Of a DNA stretch of 64,000 nt, positions 15,901 to 27,984 are shown piece by piece. A program made the translations under genes and the position numbers. This DNA is from Eledone cirrhosa (lineage: Eukaryota): the NCBI GenBank assembly GCA_964016885.1, contig OZ024748.1, positions 33,852,001 through 33,916,000 of the forward strand, in the 5' to 3' direction. The notes beneath the pieces are model-generated. The model made no database searches and was not told where the DNA came from. It worked only from the letters and a program-made list of their open reading frames with translations. How positions within the stretch are numbered: the stretch's first letter is position 1; each line of letters starts with the position of its first letter.

Positions 15901-18900
15901 ATATTTCGTATCAAGTCCAAATAGCCAATCTATCGCTAAAACAAACTACATTTTCTGTTTCTATTAATTGCTAAATACGTAGGGTTTTTGGACGTATTTA
16001 ACAGAACAAATTTTGTATTTTTGTTAATCGCTTGTTAAATGCATGGACCCCACTCAATCATTACCTTCTTGCTAGCTATTTTCAAACCTTAATTCCTAAC
16101 GTATTTTCAAGCCTCAATCCCTAATTCTAGCGTATCTTCAAAACAAAAAACAAAATCCTTTCCTTCTTCCTTCTTCGAAGGCACGGGGCGGTCAAACGCC
16201 CAACACTCACAGCCATCATGTGGCCCCCTCCCCTCGCTCTCTCTCACTCTCTCTCTCTCTCTATAAATATATGATAGGAATTCACTTCGCCAAATTTCAT
16301 TTCATTGCTTGCTGGGCACGGTATTCATGTAAACGTAATGTACAGACTTCATCTCTCTCCCTCAACAAATCTTAATTCTCGTATTTTCAAAACAATCCAT
16401 ATTTCGTATCAAGTCCAAATAGCCAATCTATCGCTAAAACAAACTACATTTTCTGTTTCTATTAATTGCTAAATACGTAGGGTTTTTGGACGTATTTAAC
16501 AGAACAAATTTTGTATTTTTGTTAATCGCTTGTTAAATGCATGGACCCCACTCAATCATTACCTTCTTGCTAGCTATTTTCAAACCTTAATTCCTAACGT
16601 ATTTTCAAGCCTCAATCCCTAATTCTAGCGTATCTTCAAAACAAAAAACAAAATCCTTTCCTTCTTCCTTCTTCGAAGGCACGGGGCGGTCAAACGCCCA
16701 ACACTCACAGCCATCATGTGGCCCCCTCCCCTCGCTCTCTCTCACTCTCTCTCTCTCTCTATAAATATATGATAGGAATTCACTTCGCCAAATTTCATTT
16801 CATTGCTTGCTGGGCACGGTATTCATGTAAACGTAATGTACAGACTTCATCTCTCTCCCTCAACAAATCTTAATTCTCGTATTTTCAAAACAATCCATAT
16901 TTCGTATCAAGTCCAAATAGCCAATCTATCGCTAAAACAAACTACATTTTCTGTTTCTATTAATTGCTAAATACGTAGGGTTTTTGGACGTATTTAACAG
17001 AACAAATTTTGTATTTTTGTTAATCGCTTGTTAAATGCATGGACCCCACTCAATCATTACCTTCTTGCTAGCTATTTTCAAACCTTAATTCCTAACGTAT
17101 TTTCAAGCCTCAATCCCTAATTCTAGCGTATCTTCAAAACAAAAAACAAAATCCTTTCCTTCTTCCTTCTTCGAAGGCACGGGGCGGTCAAACGCCCAAC
17201 ACTCACAGCCATCATGTGGCCCCCTCCCCTCGCTCTCTCTCACTCTCTCTCTCTCTCTATAAATATATGATAGGAATTCACTTCGCCAAATTTCATTTCA
17301 TTGCTTGCTGGGCACGGTATTCATGTAAACGTAATGTACAGACTTCATCTCTCTCCCTCAACAAATCTTAATTCTCGTATTTTCAAAACAATCCATATTT
17401 CGTATCAAGTCCAAATAGCCAATCTATCGCTAAAACAAACTACATTTTCTGTTTCTATTAATTGCTAAATACGTAGGGTTTTTGGACGTATTTAACAGAA
17501 CAAATTTTGTATTTTTGTTAATCGCTTGTTAAATGCATGGACCCCACTCAATCATTACCTTCTTGCTAGCTATTTTCAAACCTTAATTCCTAACGTATTT
17601 TCAAGCCTCAATCCCTAATTCTAGCGTATCTTCAAAACAAAAAACAAAATCCTTTCCTTCTTCCTTCTTCGAAGGCACGGGGCGGTCAAACGCCCAACAC
17701 TCACAGCCATCATGTGGCCCCCTCCCCTCGCTCTCTCTCACTCTCTCTCTCTCTCTATAAATATATGATAGGAATTCACTTCGCCAAATTTCATTTCATT
17801 GCTTGCTGGGCACGGTATTCATGTAAACGTAATGTACAGACTTCATCTCTCTCCCTCAACAAATCTTAATTCTCGTATTTTCAAAACAATCCATATTTCG
17901 TATCAAGTCCAAATAGCCAATCTATCGCTAAAACAAACTACATTTTCTGTTTCTATTAATTGCTAAATACGTAGGGTTTTTGGACGTATTTAACAGAACA
18001 AATTTTGTATTTTTGTTAATCGCTTGTTAAATGCATGGACCCCACTCAATCATTACCTTCTTGCTAGCTATTTTCAAACCTTAATTCCTAACGTATTTTC
18101 AAGCCTCAATCCCTAATTCTAGCGTATCTTCAAAACAAAAAACAAAATCCTTTCCTTCTTCCTTCTTCGAAGGCACGGGGCGGTCAAACGCCCAACACTC
18201 ACAGCCATCATGTGGCCCCCTCCCCTCGCTCTCTCTCACTCTCTCTCTCTCTCTATAAATATATGATAGGAATTCACTTCGCCAAATTTCATTTCATTGC
18301 TTGCTGGGCACGGTATTCATGTAAACGTAATGTACAGACTTCATCTCTCTCCCTCAACAAATCTTAATTCTCGTATTTTCAAAACAATCCATATTTCGTA
18401 TCAAGTCCAAATAGCCAATCTATCGCTAAAACAAACTACATTTTCTGTTTCTATTAATTGCTAAATACGTAGGGTTTTTGGACGTATTTAACAGAACAAA
18501 TTTTGTATTTTTGTTAATCGCTTGTTAAATGCATGGACCCCACTCAATCATTACCTTCTTGCTAGCTATTTTCAAACCTTAATTCCTAACGTATTTTCAA
18601 GCCTCAATCCCTAATTCTAGCGTATCTTCAAAACAAAAAACAAAATCCTTTCCTTCTTCCTTCTTCGAAGGCACGGGGCGGTCAAACGCCCAACACTCAC
18701 AGCCATCATGTGGCCCCCTCCCCTCGCTCTCTCTCACTCTCTCTCTCTCTCTCTATAAATATATGATAGGAATTCACTTCGCCAAATTTCATTTCATTGC
18801 TTGCTGGGCACGGTATTCATGTAAACGTAATGTACAGACTTCATCTCTCTCCCTCAACAAATCTTAATTCTCGTATTTTCAAAACAATCCATATTTCGTA

Positions 18901-20730
18901 TCAAGTCCAAATAGCCAATCTATCGCTAAAACAAACTACATTTTCTGTTTCTATTAATTGCTAAATACGTAGGGTTTTTGGACGTATTTAACAGAACAAA
19001 TTTTGTATTTTTGTTAATCGCTTGTTAAATGCATGGACCCCACTCAATCATTACCTTCTTGCTAGCTATTTTCAAACCTTAATTCCTAACGTATTTTCAA
19101 GCCTCAATCCCTAATTCTAGCGTATCTTCAAAACAAAAAACAAAATCCTTTCCTTCTTCCTTCTTCGAAGGCACGGGGCGGTCAAACGCCCAACACTCAC
19201 AGCCATCATGTGGCCCCCTCCCCTCGCTCTCTCTCACTCTCTCTCTCTCTCTCTCTCTATAAATATATGATAGGAATTCACTTCGCCAAATTTCATTTCA
19301 TTGCTTGCTGGGCACGGTATTCATGTAAACGTAATGTACAGACTTCATCTCTCTCCCTCAACAAATCTTAATTCTCGTATTTTCAAAACAATCCATATTT
19401 CGTATCAAGTCCAAATAGCCAATCTATCGCTAAAACAAACTACATTTTCTGTTTCTATTAATTGCTAAATACGTAGGGTTTTTGGACGTATTTAACAGAA
19501 CAAATTTTGTATTTTTGTTAATCGCTTGTTAAATGCATGGACCCCACTCAATCATTACCTTCTTGCTAGCTATTTTCAAACCTTAATTCCTAACGTATTT
19601 TCAAGCCTCAATCCCTAATTCTAGCGTATCTTCAAAACAAAAAACAAAATCCTTTCCTTCTTCCTTCTTCGAAGGCACGGGGCGGTCAAACGCCCAACAC
19701 TCACAGCCATCATGTGGCCCCCTCCCCTCGCTCTCTCTCACTCTCTCTCTCTCTCTATAAATATATGATAGGAATTCACTTCGCCAAATTTCATTTCATT
19801 GCTTGCTGGGCACGGTATTCATGTAAACGTAATGTACAGACTTCATCTCTCTCCCTCAACAAATCTTAATTCTCGTATTTTCAAAACAATCCATATTTCG
19901 TATCAAGTCCAAATAGCCAATCTATCGCTAAAACAAACTACATTTTCTGTTTCTATTAATTGCTAAATACGTAGGGTTTTTGGACGTATTTAACAGAACA
20001 AATTTTGTATTTTTGTTAATCGCTTGTTAAATGCATGGACCCCACTCAATCATTACCTTCTTGCTAGCTATTTTCAAACCTTAATTCCTAACGTATTTTC
20101 AAGCCTCAATCCCTAATTCTAGCGTATCTTCAAAACAAAAAACAAAATCCTTTCCTTCTTCCTTCTTCGAAGGCACGGGGCGGTCAAACGCCCAACACTC
20201 ACAGCCATCATGTGGCCCCCTCCCCTCGCTCTCTCTCACTCTCTCTCTCTCTCTCTATAAATATATGATAGGAATTCACTTCGCCAAATTTCATTTCATT
20301 GCTTGCTGGGCACGGTATTCATGTAAACGTAATGTACAGACTTCATCTCTCTCCCTCAACAAATCTTAATTCTCGTATTTTCAAAACAATCCATATTTCG
20401 TATCAAGTCCAAATAGCCAATCTATCGCTAAAACAAACTACATTTTCTGTTTCTATTAATTGCTAAATACGTAGGGTTTTTGGACGTATTTAACAGAACA
20501 AATTTTGTATTTTTGTTAATCGCTTGTTAAATGCATGGACCCCACTCAATCATTACCTTCTTGCTAGCTATTTTCAAACCTTAATTCCTAACGTATTTTC
20601 AAGCCTCAATCCCTAATTCTAGCGTATCTTCAAAACAAAAAACAAAATCCTTTCCTTCTTCCTTCTTCGAAGGCACGGGGCGATCAAACGCCCAACACTC
20701 ACAGCCATCATGTGGCCCCCTCCCCTCGCT
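3964..20730. repeat. Tandem array (satellite): 33 full plus one partial copy of a 498-bp unit
   Basis: The unit start AATAGCCAATCTATCGC recurs at 3964, 4450, 4948, 5448, 5946 ... 19912, 20412. Unit length varies almost only through an internal (CT)8/9/11 tract. The first unit has a 15-bp deletion; only a few SNPs were seen. Confidence 0.98.
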
Positions 20731-23700
20731 ATTACGTGGACCAATCATAAAACAGAGCCCCCACGCATCACCAGTATTATTACGCGGACCAATCAGAAAC
20801 CAGAGGCCTATACTATCGCTTGCCTGGTTGCCTTTCGATATACGATATATGATGGTGGGATGGACTGCGGAATCCTGGAGAGTGGAGGTGAGAGAGAAAA
20901 ATCTGGACGCTCAGCGACAATGCCAAAGATAAAGACAAATTCACCTCTTGGACGAGAATGCGAGCACTCCTCATTGTTTCGACCGCGGACGGCTAACATA
21001 ACCCCATCGCCCCCCGCCCCTCACCGCCCCCAACCCCCAAACGCAATCCAAAACCTCAGAGTTGGTACCATAAATGTAGGCACCCTAAAGGGTCGCGCTA
21101 ACGAGGTTGTAGACATGCTTGAACGTAAGGAGGTCGATGTTTGTTGTATTCAAGAGACCAGGTGGAGGGGTGGGTCTGCTAGGTTCATTGAGGGTAAAAA
21201 ACGATGTTATAAGCTTTTCTGGGTGGGAAACGACGATGGGCTGGGTGGAGTAGGAATCATGGTAGCAGAAAAGTGGGCAGATAAGATAATAGACGTAAAT
21301 AGAGTGAACGACAGAATAATTAAAATACGACTTGTCCTCAATAGAACTACGGTGACAGTAATATCTGCGTACGCACCCCAATCCGGACTGCCCGACACTA
21401 TAAAAGACAGATTCTATGAGACACTGATGCTAACTACCTCCCAAATATCCGACAGTGACTATATAATTATCGCAGGCGACCTAAATGGTCACGTTGGACA
21501 ACATTGTGACGGCTACGACGAAATCCATGGAGGCTATGGGTTTGGTACTAGAAATGAGGAAGGCTCCAGAATCCTGGAATTCTGTGATGCAAATAACCTA
21601 ACTATCTGTAACACTAACTTCAAAAAACGTGACAATCACCTGATCACCTATAGATCCGGGGAACACACAAGCCAGGTAGATTATATCCTTACCAGAAGAC
21701 GTGACAGAGTGTCTGTTGTAAACACTAAATCCCTCCCCCATGAAGAATGCACCTCCCAACATATACTGATAATTAGCGACCTCATAGTCAGGACGAGACG
21801 TACTCGACAACAGAAGAGGACTATCCTCAGGAGGAAAATATGGAAGCTAAAGGACCCCACAGCCAGGAATAAATTTCAAAGCATATTACTTGATGCTTTC
21901 GACAGTAAGGAAGAACATTTAGAGTCTGACAATATAGAGGGAGAGTGGGAATTTCTGAAAGCAAACCTGCTGTTGGCGACAGACGAAGTCTGTGGCTGGA
22001 GCAGGCCTGTAGGCAGGAGGAGAGTTACATGGTGGTGGAACAGTAAGGTGGAGGGGTCAATTAAGGCCAAAAAGCAGGCTTGGAAAGTATGGCGGGATGG
22101 GGGAAGTAGAGAGGACTATCAAGTGGCCAGGAGGGAAGCTAGGAGACAAGTGTACTTAGCAAGAAGGGAAGCTGAGGAAAGAAAGTTCAAGCATGTTCTA
22201 CAACGCGATGACCAAAAACGTGAGGTGTTCAGGATTGCTAGGCAATGCATCAAGGAAAACCGTGATATTGTCGGGGAGAAGTGTGTACTAAACGACGATG
22301 GCACACTTGCCATCACCGACGCTGATAAGAAGGTAGCTTGGAAGTGTCACTATGAAAGGCTACTAAATGAGGAGAATAATTGGGAGAAAGGCAGTCTCCC
22401 CCATATCGACCCAATAGAGGGACCAGCAGTGTTAGTCGAGGGGAGTATAATAAGTAAGGCAATCAAGGATATGAAGACTGGTAAGGCGGCTGGGCCTTCG
22501 GAAATAGTTGCTGAGATGCTGAAGGCATCTGGCACGGTGGGACACACCATGGTCACCCGCATAGTTAACCAAGTCGTACAGAATGGGGTTGTTCCGAAGG
22601 ACTGGCATAGCAGCATCATCGTTAACTGTTATAAGGGTAAAGGAGACGCCCTAGATAGGAGTAACTATAGAGGCATTAAATTAATCGACCAGCTCATGAA
22701 GGTCACGGAAAAAGTAATAGCGCAACTAATCAGAGAGAGAATTGACCTAGATGAAATGCAGTTCGGGTTTGTGTCAGGCAAAAGTACCACAGACGCTCTT
22801 TTCATAGTACGACAACTACAGGAGAAGTACCTAGCTAAAGGTAAACCCCTCTACTTAGCTTTTGTCGACTTGGAGAAAGCCTTCGACAGAGTCCCCCGCT
22901 CCATTATCTGGTGGGCTCTTAGAAAAGTAGGCGTTGACGAATGGCTTGTGAGGGCTATACAAGCCATGTATAAAGAAACAGTCAGCAAGGTTAGAATTAA
23001 CAACGAATATAGTGAAGAGTTTAGCGTAAAAGTTGGCGTCCATCAGGGCTCTGTTCTCAGTCCACTACTATTTATTATTGCCCTTCAGGCTATAACAGAG
23101 GAGTTCAAGACAGGCTGCCCATGGGAACTCCTATACGCAGACGACCTGACACTCATAGCGGAATCAATGGCCGAGCTAGAGAAGAAATTCCAAACATGGA
23201 AGCACGGCCTAGAGTCAAAAGGACTTAAAATTAACCTGGCTAAGACCAAAGTACTAGTTTGTAGGAAAGAAAACAAGGCGGCGGTCCCTTCTGGGAAATG
23301 GTCGTGCTCGGTGTGTAGGAAAGGCGTAGGTAGAAACTCCATTTTATGTCCTAAATGCAAAGTATGGGTGCATAAAAGATGTAGTGGGATCACAGGTAAG
23401 CTAACTAAGAACATAGATTTTACATGTGGCCGGTGCTCTGGTGCAATAAGTAGCAGCAAGTGCCCACAAACTACTAGCTCTTTCAATTGCGCAGAGGGTT
23501 CTATAGAAATAGTGGACAGCTTCCGTTACCTGGGCGATAAAATCAGCAGTGGGGGAGGGTGCTCTGAAAGTACTGTAGCTAGAGTCAGAACTGGTTGGAA
23601 AAAGTTCAGAGAGCTTATACCACTATTAGCTGCTAAAGGGTTCTCACTAAAAATGAAAGGCAGGTTGTACGATGCCTGCATACGAACAGCAATGCTGCAT

Positions 23701-24510
23701 GGCAGTGAGACCTGGGCATTGTGTGCAGAGGATATACGCAGACTAGAGAGGAACGAAGCTTGCATGCTCCGCTGGATGTGTAACAGTAATATACGTGAAC
23801 GGCAAAGCATAAACGAACTAAGGAAAAAATTAGAGATAAGAGGGATCAGATGTTGTTTACTCGAGAGAAGGCTACGTTGGTATGGACACGTGATGCGCAT
23901 GAAAGTCGATAGCTGTATAACAAAGTGCAGGGCAATAAAGATAGACGGTAGTCACGGAATAGGCAGACCTAGAAAAACCTGGGACGAGCTGATAAACTCC
24001 GACATCACACACTTACACCTCTCCAAGACAATGTCACTGGACCGAGACCTTTGGCGGTACTCAGTAACAGAGAAGACCCGCCTTACCTAAATATATAGTA
24101 AAACCTACTCCAGCCAGTAGGCATCTCTAACAAAATACACCCCGTCCCACCACCACCACCCCCACCCGATCCACACCACCCCGTTCTATGTAAAGTTATG
24201 TTGGTGCCGCGCCTATGTTGGTGCCGCGCCATCGAGGCCGAAACAAATGAGATCGTGTAGGTGTCACGACAAAAAAACACACAGTCCACGCTGTAATGTG
24301 GCCGTGTAGGCAACACGGTAAAAACCTCCCAGACCCACACTGTAAATGTGGTTGGTGTTAGGAAGGGCATCCAACTGTAGAAAACCTGCCAGACAGTCCT
24401 ATGCGAGCAAGACAATCACTCTTGCCTCAAGTGGGACTACCCCCGTCCAAACCCATGCAAGCGTGGAACACGGACGTTAAACGTTGATGATGATGATGAT
24501 GATGATGATG
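20731..24510 (+). mobile_element. RTE/RTE-X-clade non-LTR retrotransposon (family A, copy 1) with uninterrupted ORF, 3' UTR and (TGA)n tail
   Basis: Long APE+RT ORF; the 3' UTR ends ...GGACGTTAAACGT(TGA)n at about 24484-24510. Near-identical copies at 26061-27908 (+) and 63371-64000 (-). Confidence 0.93.
20860..24090 (+). CDS. LINE pol protein: AP endonuclease + reverse transcriptase + PHD finger (start uncertain; first ATG inside the element is 20860)
   Basis: APE motifs GTINVGT, IQETRW, SAYAPQ, AGDLNGH, VDYIL, SQH. RT motifs YRGIKL, QFGF, FVDLEKAFD, GVHQGSVLSPLLF, LYADD. C4HC3 finger CSVC..CPKC..H..C..CGRC at 23305-23436. RTE-type C-terminus RRLRWYGHV..GRPRKTW. No internal stops. Confidence 0.93.
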   Translation: MDCGILESGGEREKSGRSATMPKIKTNSPLGRECEHSSLFRPRTANITPSPPAPHRPQPPNAIQNLRVGTINVGTLKGRANEVVDMLERKEVDVCCIQETRWRGGSARFIEGKKRCYKLFWVGNDDGLGGVGIMVAEKWADKIIDVNRVNDRIIKIRLVLNRTTVTVISAYAPQSGLPDTIKDRFYETLMLTTSQISDSDYIIIAGDLNGHVGQHCDGYDEIHGGYGFGTRNEEGSRILEFCDANNLTICNTNFKKRDNHLITYRSGEHTSQVDYILTRRRDRVSVVNTKSLPHEECTSQHILIISDLIVRTRRTRQQKRTILRRKIWKLKDPTARNKFQSILLDAFDSKEEHLESDNIEGEWEFLKANLLLATDEVCGWSRPVGRRRVTWWWNSKVEGSIKAKKQAWKVWRDGGSREDYQVARREARRQVYLARREAEERKFKHVLQRDDQKREVFRIARQCIKENRDIVGEKCVLNDDGTLAITDADKKVAWKCHYERLLNEENNWEKGSLPHIDPIEGPAVLVEGSIISKAIKDMKTGKAAGPSEIVAEMLKASGTVGHTMVTRIVNQVVQNGVVPKDWHSSIIVNCYKGKGDALDRSNYRGIKLIDQLMKVTEKVIAQLIRERIDLDEMQFGFVSGKSTTDALFIVRQLQEKYLAKGKPLYLAFVDLEKAFDRVPRSIIWWALRKVGVDEWLVRAIQAMYKETVSKVRINNEYSEEFSVKVGVHQGSVLSPLLFIIALQAITEEFKTGCPWELLYADDLTLIAESMAELEKKFQTWKHGLESKGLKINLAKTKVLVCRKENKAAVPSGKWSCSVCRKGVGRNSILCPKCKVWVHKRCSGITGKLTKNIDFTCGRCSGAISSSKCPQTTSSFNCAEGSIEIVDSFRYLGDKISSGGGCSESTVARVRTGWKKFRELIPLLAAKGFSLKMKGRLYDACIRTAMLHGSETWALCAEDIRRLERNEACMLRWMCNSNIRERQSINELRKKLEIRGIRCCLLERRLRWYGHVMRMKVDSCITKCRAIKIDGSHGIGRPRKTWDELINSDITHLHLSKTMSLDRDLWRYSVTEKTRLT

Positions 24511-24540
24511 ATATATATATATATATATATATATGTTTAT

Positions 24541-25149
24541 GTCAGGTCACCAGTTGGTGCTACTGGTAACATGTATCCCAGTACAACCTGTCTCATGGTC
24601 GGGTCGTTGGCGACTAAACTGGCAACCCCACCAAGGTTTCTTGGTGAGGAGGGTGACTTTGGACATCCTGCAGGACTAAAAACAAAACCTGTCAAAGGGC
24701 AAAGGAGCTCTTAAGAGTCAATGGCCATCCAAAATCACCGGGAGAGATGACCCCTTAGCCTTTGTCAAGGCAGAATTCTAGGAGAAGGAAAACTCTGATA
24801 TAACACCTGCAACCCTGATGGTATCCAATGATGTTGACTTGTTCTTCTTTTTGGTAAATATCATCTTGGTTAAGAGAGTGGGACTGGCTTTGTGCAGTGC
24901 CTTTGCTCACTATAAAAGCTTCACGGCACAGGCATTGCTTTATATCTGGAGAGCTCTCTGCTCTTGTTGTCACATGGTTCCATGGGCCCAGCACTATGTA
25001 TAAATAATTGTCACAAGTGTAGTGTTTGTACCAGAGTTTTCAAGTCGCTGGCTGGACTAAAAAGTCACACTTGTTCAGCGCATCGGTAGGGGTTCTCCTA
25101 CATGGATATAAAGTAGTGGCCGTACTCGAAAACGAGTTGGCAGCCACCA
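24541..25149. mobile_element. ~600-bp non-coding interspersed element (SINE-like), copy 1, embedded in (TA)n
   Basis: Highly similar copies at 29742-30341 and 47227-47793; no credible ORF; orientation unresolved. Confidence 0.75.
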
Positions 25150-26060
<911 letters not shown>

Positions 26061-27908
26061 CTTAACGATGATGGCATACTTGCCATCACCGACGCTGATA
26101 AGAAGGTAGCTTGGAAGTGTCACTATGAAAGGCTACTAAATGAGGAGAATAAATGGGAGAAAGACAGTCTCCCCCATATCGACCCAATAGAGGGACCAGC
26201 AGTGTTAGTCGAGGGGAGTATAATAAGTAAGGCAATCAAGGATATGAAGATGGGTAAGGCAGCTGGGCCTTCGGAAATAGTTGCTGAGATGCTGAAGGCA
26301 TCTGGCACGGTGGGACACACCATGGTCACTCGCATAGTTAACCAAGTCGTACAGAATGGGGTTGTTCCGAAGGACTGGCATAGCAGCATCATCGTTAACT
26401 GTTATAAGGGTAAAGGAGACGCCCTAGATAGGAGTAACTATAGAGGCATTAAATTAATCGACCAGGTCATGAAGGTCACGGAAAAAGTAATAGCACAACT
26501 AATCAGAGAGAGAATTGACCTAGATGAAATGCAGTTCGGGTTTGTGTCAGGCAAAAGTACCACAGGCGCTCTTTTCATTGTACGACAACTACAGGAGAAG
26601 TACCTAGCTAAAGGTAAACCCCTCTACTTAGCTTTTGTCGACGTGGAGAAAGTCTTCGACAGAGTCCCCCGCTCCATTATCTGGTGGGCTCTTAGAAAAC
26701 TAGGCGTTGATGAATGGCTTGTGAGCGCTATACAAGCCATGTATAAAGAAACAGTCAGCAAGGCTAGAATTAACAACGAATATAGTGAAGAGTTTAGCGT
26801 AAAAGTTGGCGTCCATCAGGGCTCTGTTCTCAGCCCCCTACTATTTATTATTGCCCTTCAGGCTATAACAGAGGAGTTCAAGACCGGCTGCCCATGGGAA
26901 CCCCTATACGCAGACGACCTGACACTCATAGCGGAATCAATGGCCGAGCTAGAGAAGAAATTCCAAACATGGAAGCACGGCCTAGAATCAAAAGGCCTTA
27001 AAATTAACCTGGCTAAGACTAAAGTTCTAGTTTGTAGGAAAGAAAATAAGGCGGCGGTCCCTTCTGGGAAATGGTCGTGCTCGGTATGTAGGAAAGGCGT
27101 AGGTAGAAACTCCATTTTATGTCCTAAATGCAAAGTATGGGTGCATAAAAGATGTAGTGGGATCACAGGTAAGCTAACTAAGAACATAGATTTTACATGT
27201 GGCTGGTGCATTGGTGCAATAAGTAGCAGCAAGTGCCCACAAAATACTAGCTCTTTCAATTGCACAGAGGGTTCTATAGAAATAGTGGACAGTTTCCGTT
27301 ACCTGGGTGATAAAATCAGCAGTGGGGGAGGGTGCTCTGAAAGTACAGTAGCTAGAGTCAGAACTGGTTGGAAAAAGTTCAGCGAGCTTATACCACTATT
27401 AGCTGCTAAAGGGTTCTCCCTAAAAATGAAAGGCAGGTTGTACGATGCCTGCATACGAACAGCAATGTTGCATGGCAGTGAGACCTGGGCATTGTGTGCA
27501 GAGGATATACGCAGACTAGAGAGGAACGAAGCTTGCATGCTCCGCTGGATGTGTAACAGTAATATACGTGAACGGCAAAGCATAAACGAACTAAGGAAAA
27601 AATTAGAAATAAGAGGGATCAGATGTTGTTTACTCGAGAGAAGGCTACGTTGGTATGGACACGTGATGCGCATGAAAGTCGATAGCTGTATAACAAAGTG
27701 CAGGGCAATAAAGATAGACGGTAGCCACGGAATAGGCAGACCTAGAAAAACCTGGGACGAGCTGATAAACTCCGACCTCACACACTTACACCTCTCCAAG
27801 ACAATGTCACTGGACCGAGACCTTTGGCGGTACTCAGTAACAGAGAAGACCCGCCTTACCTAAATACATAGTAAAACCTACTACAGCCAGTAGGCATCTC
27901 TAACAAAA
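26061..27908 (+). mobile_element. RTE/RTE-X LINE family A, copy 2; 5'-truncated (RT + PHD only) and 3' UTR cut after about 45 bp
   Basis: Near-identical to about 22288-24135; the ORF is open from LNDDG to the stop at 27863. Confidence 0.92.
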
Positions 27909-27916
27909 GGCATCTC

Positions 27917-27984
27917 TATCTAAGGCGGGTAAAATTCCCGAGATCCATGGACGAGTTCTCTCCAGCGGTCTCTGTCCCTCATTA
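27917..27984 (-). mobile_element. 68-bp 3'-terminal fragment of a second RTE family (family B)
   Basis: Reads as the reverse complement of 55603-55670 (TAATGAGGGACAGAGACC...TTACCCGCCTTAGATA). Confidence 0.85.

Noticed and set aside
3964-20730. CRISPR array, or 5S/snRNA/tRNA gene cluster
   Set aside because: Units are identical end to end with no unique spacers and no cas genes; I recognised no 5S, snRNA or tRNA sequence.
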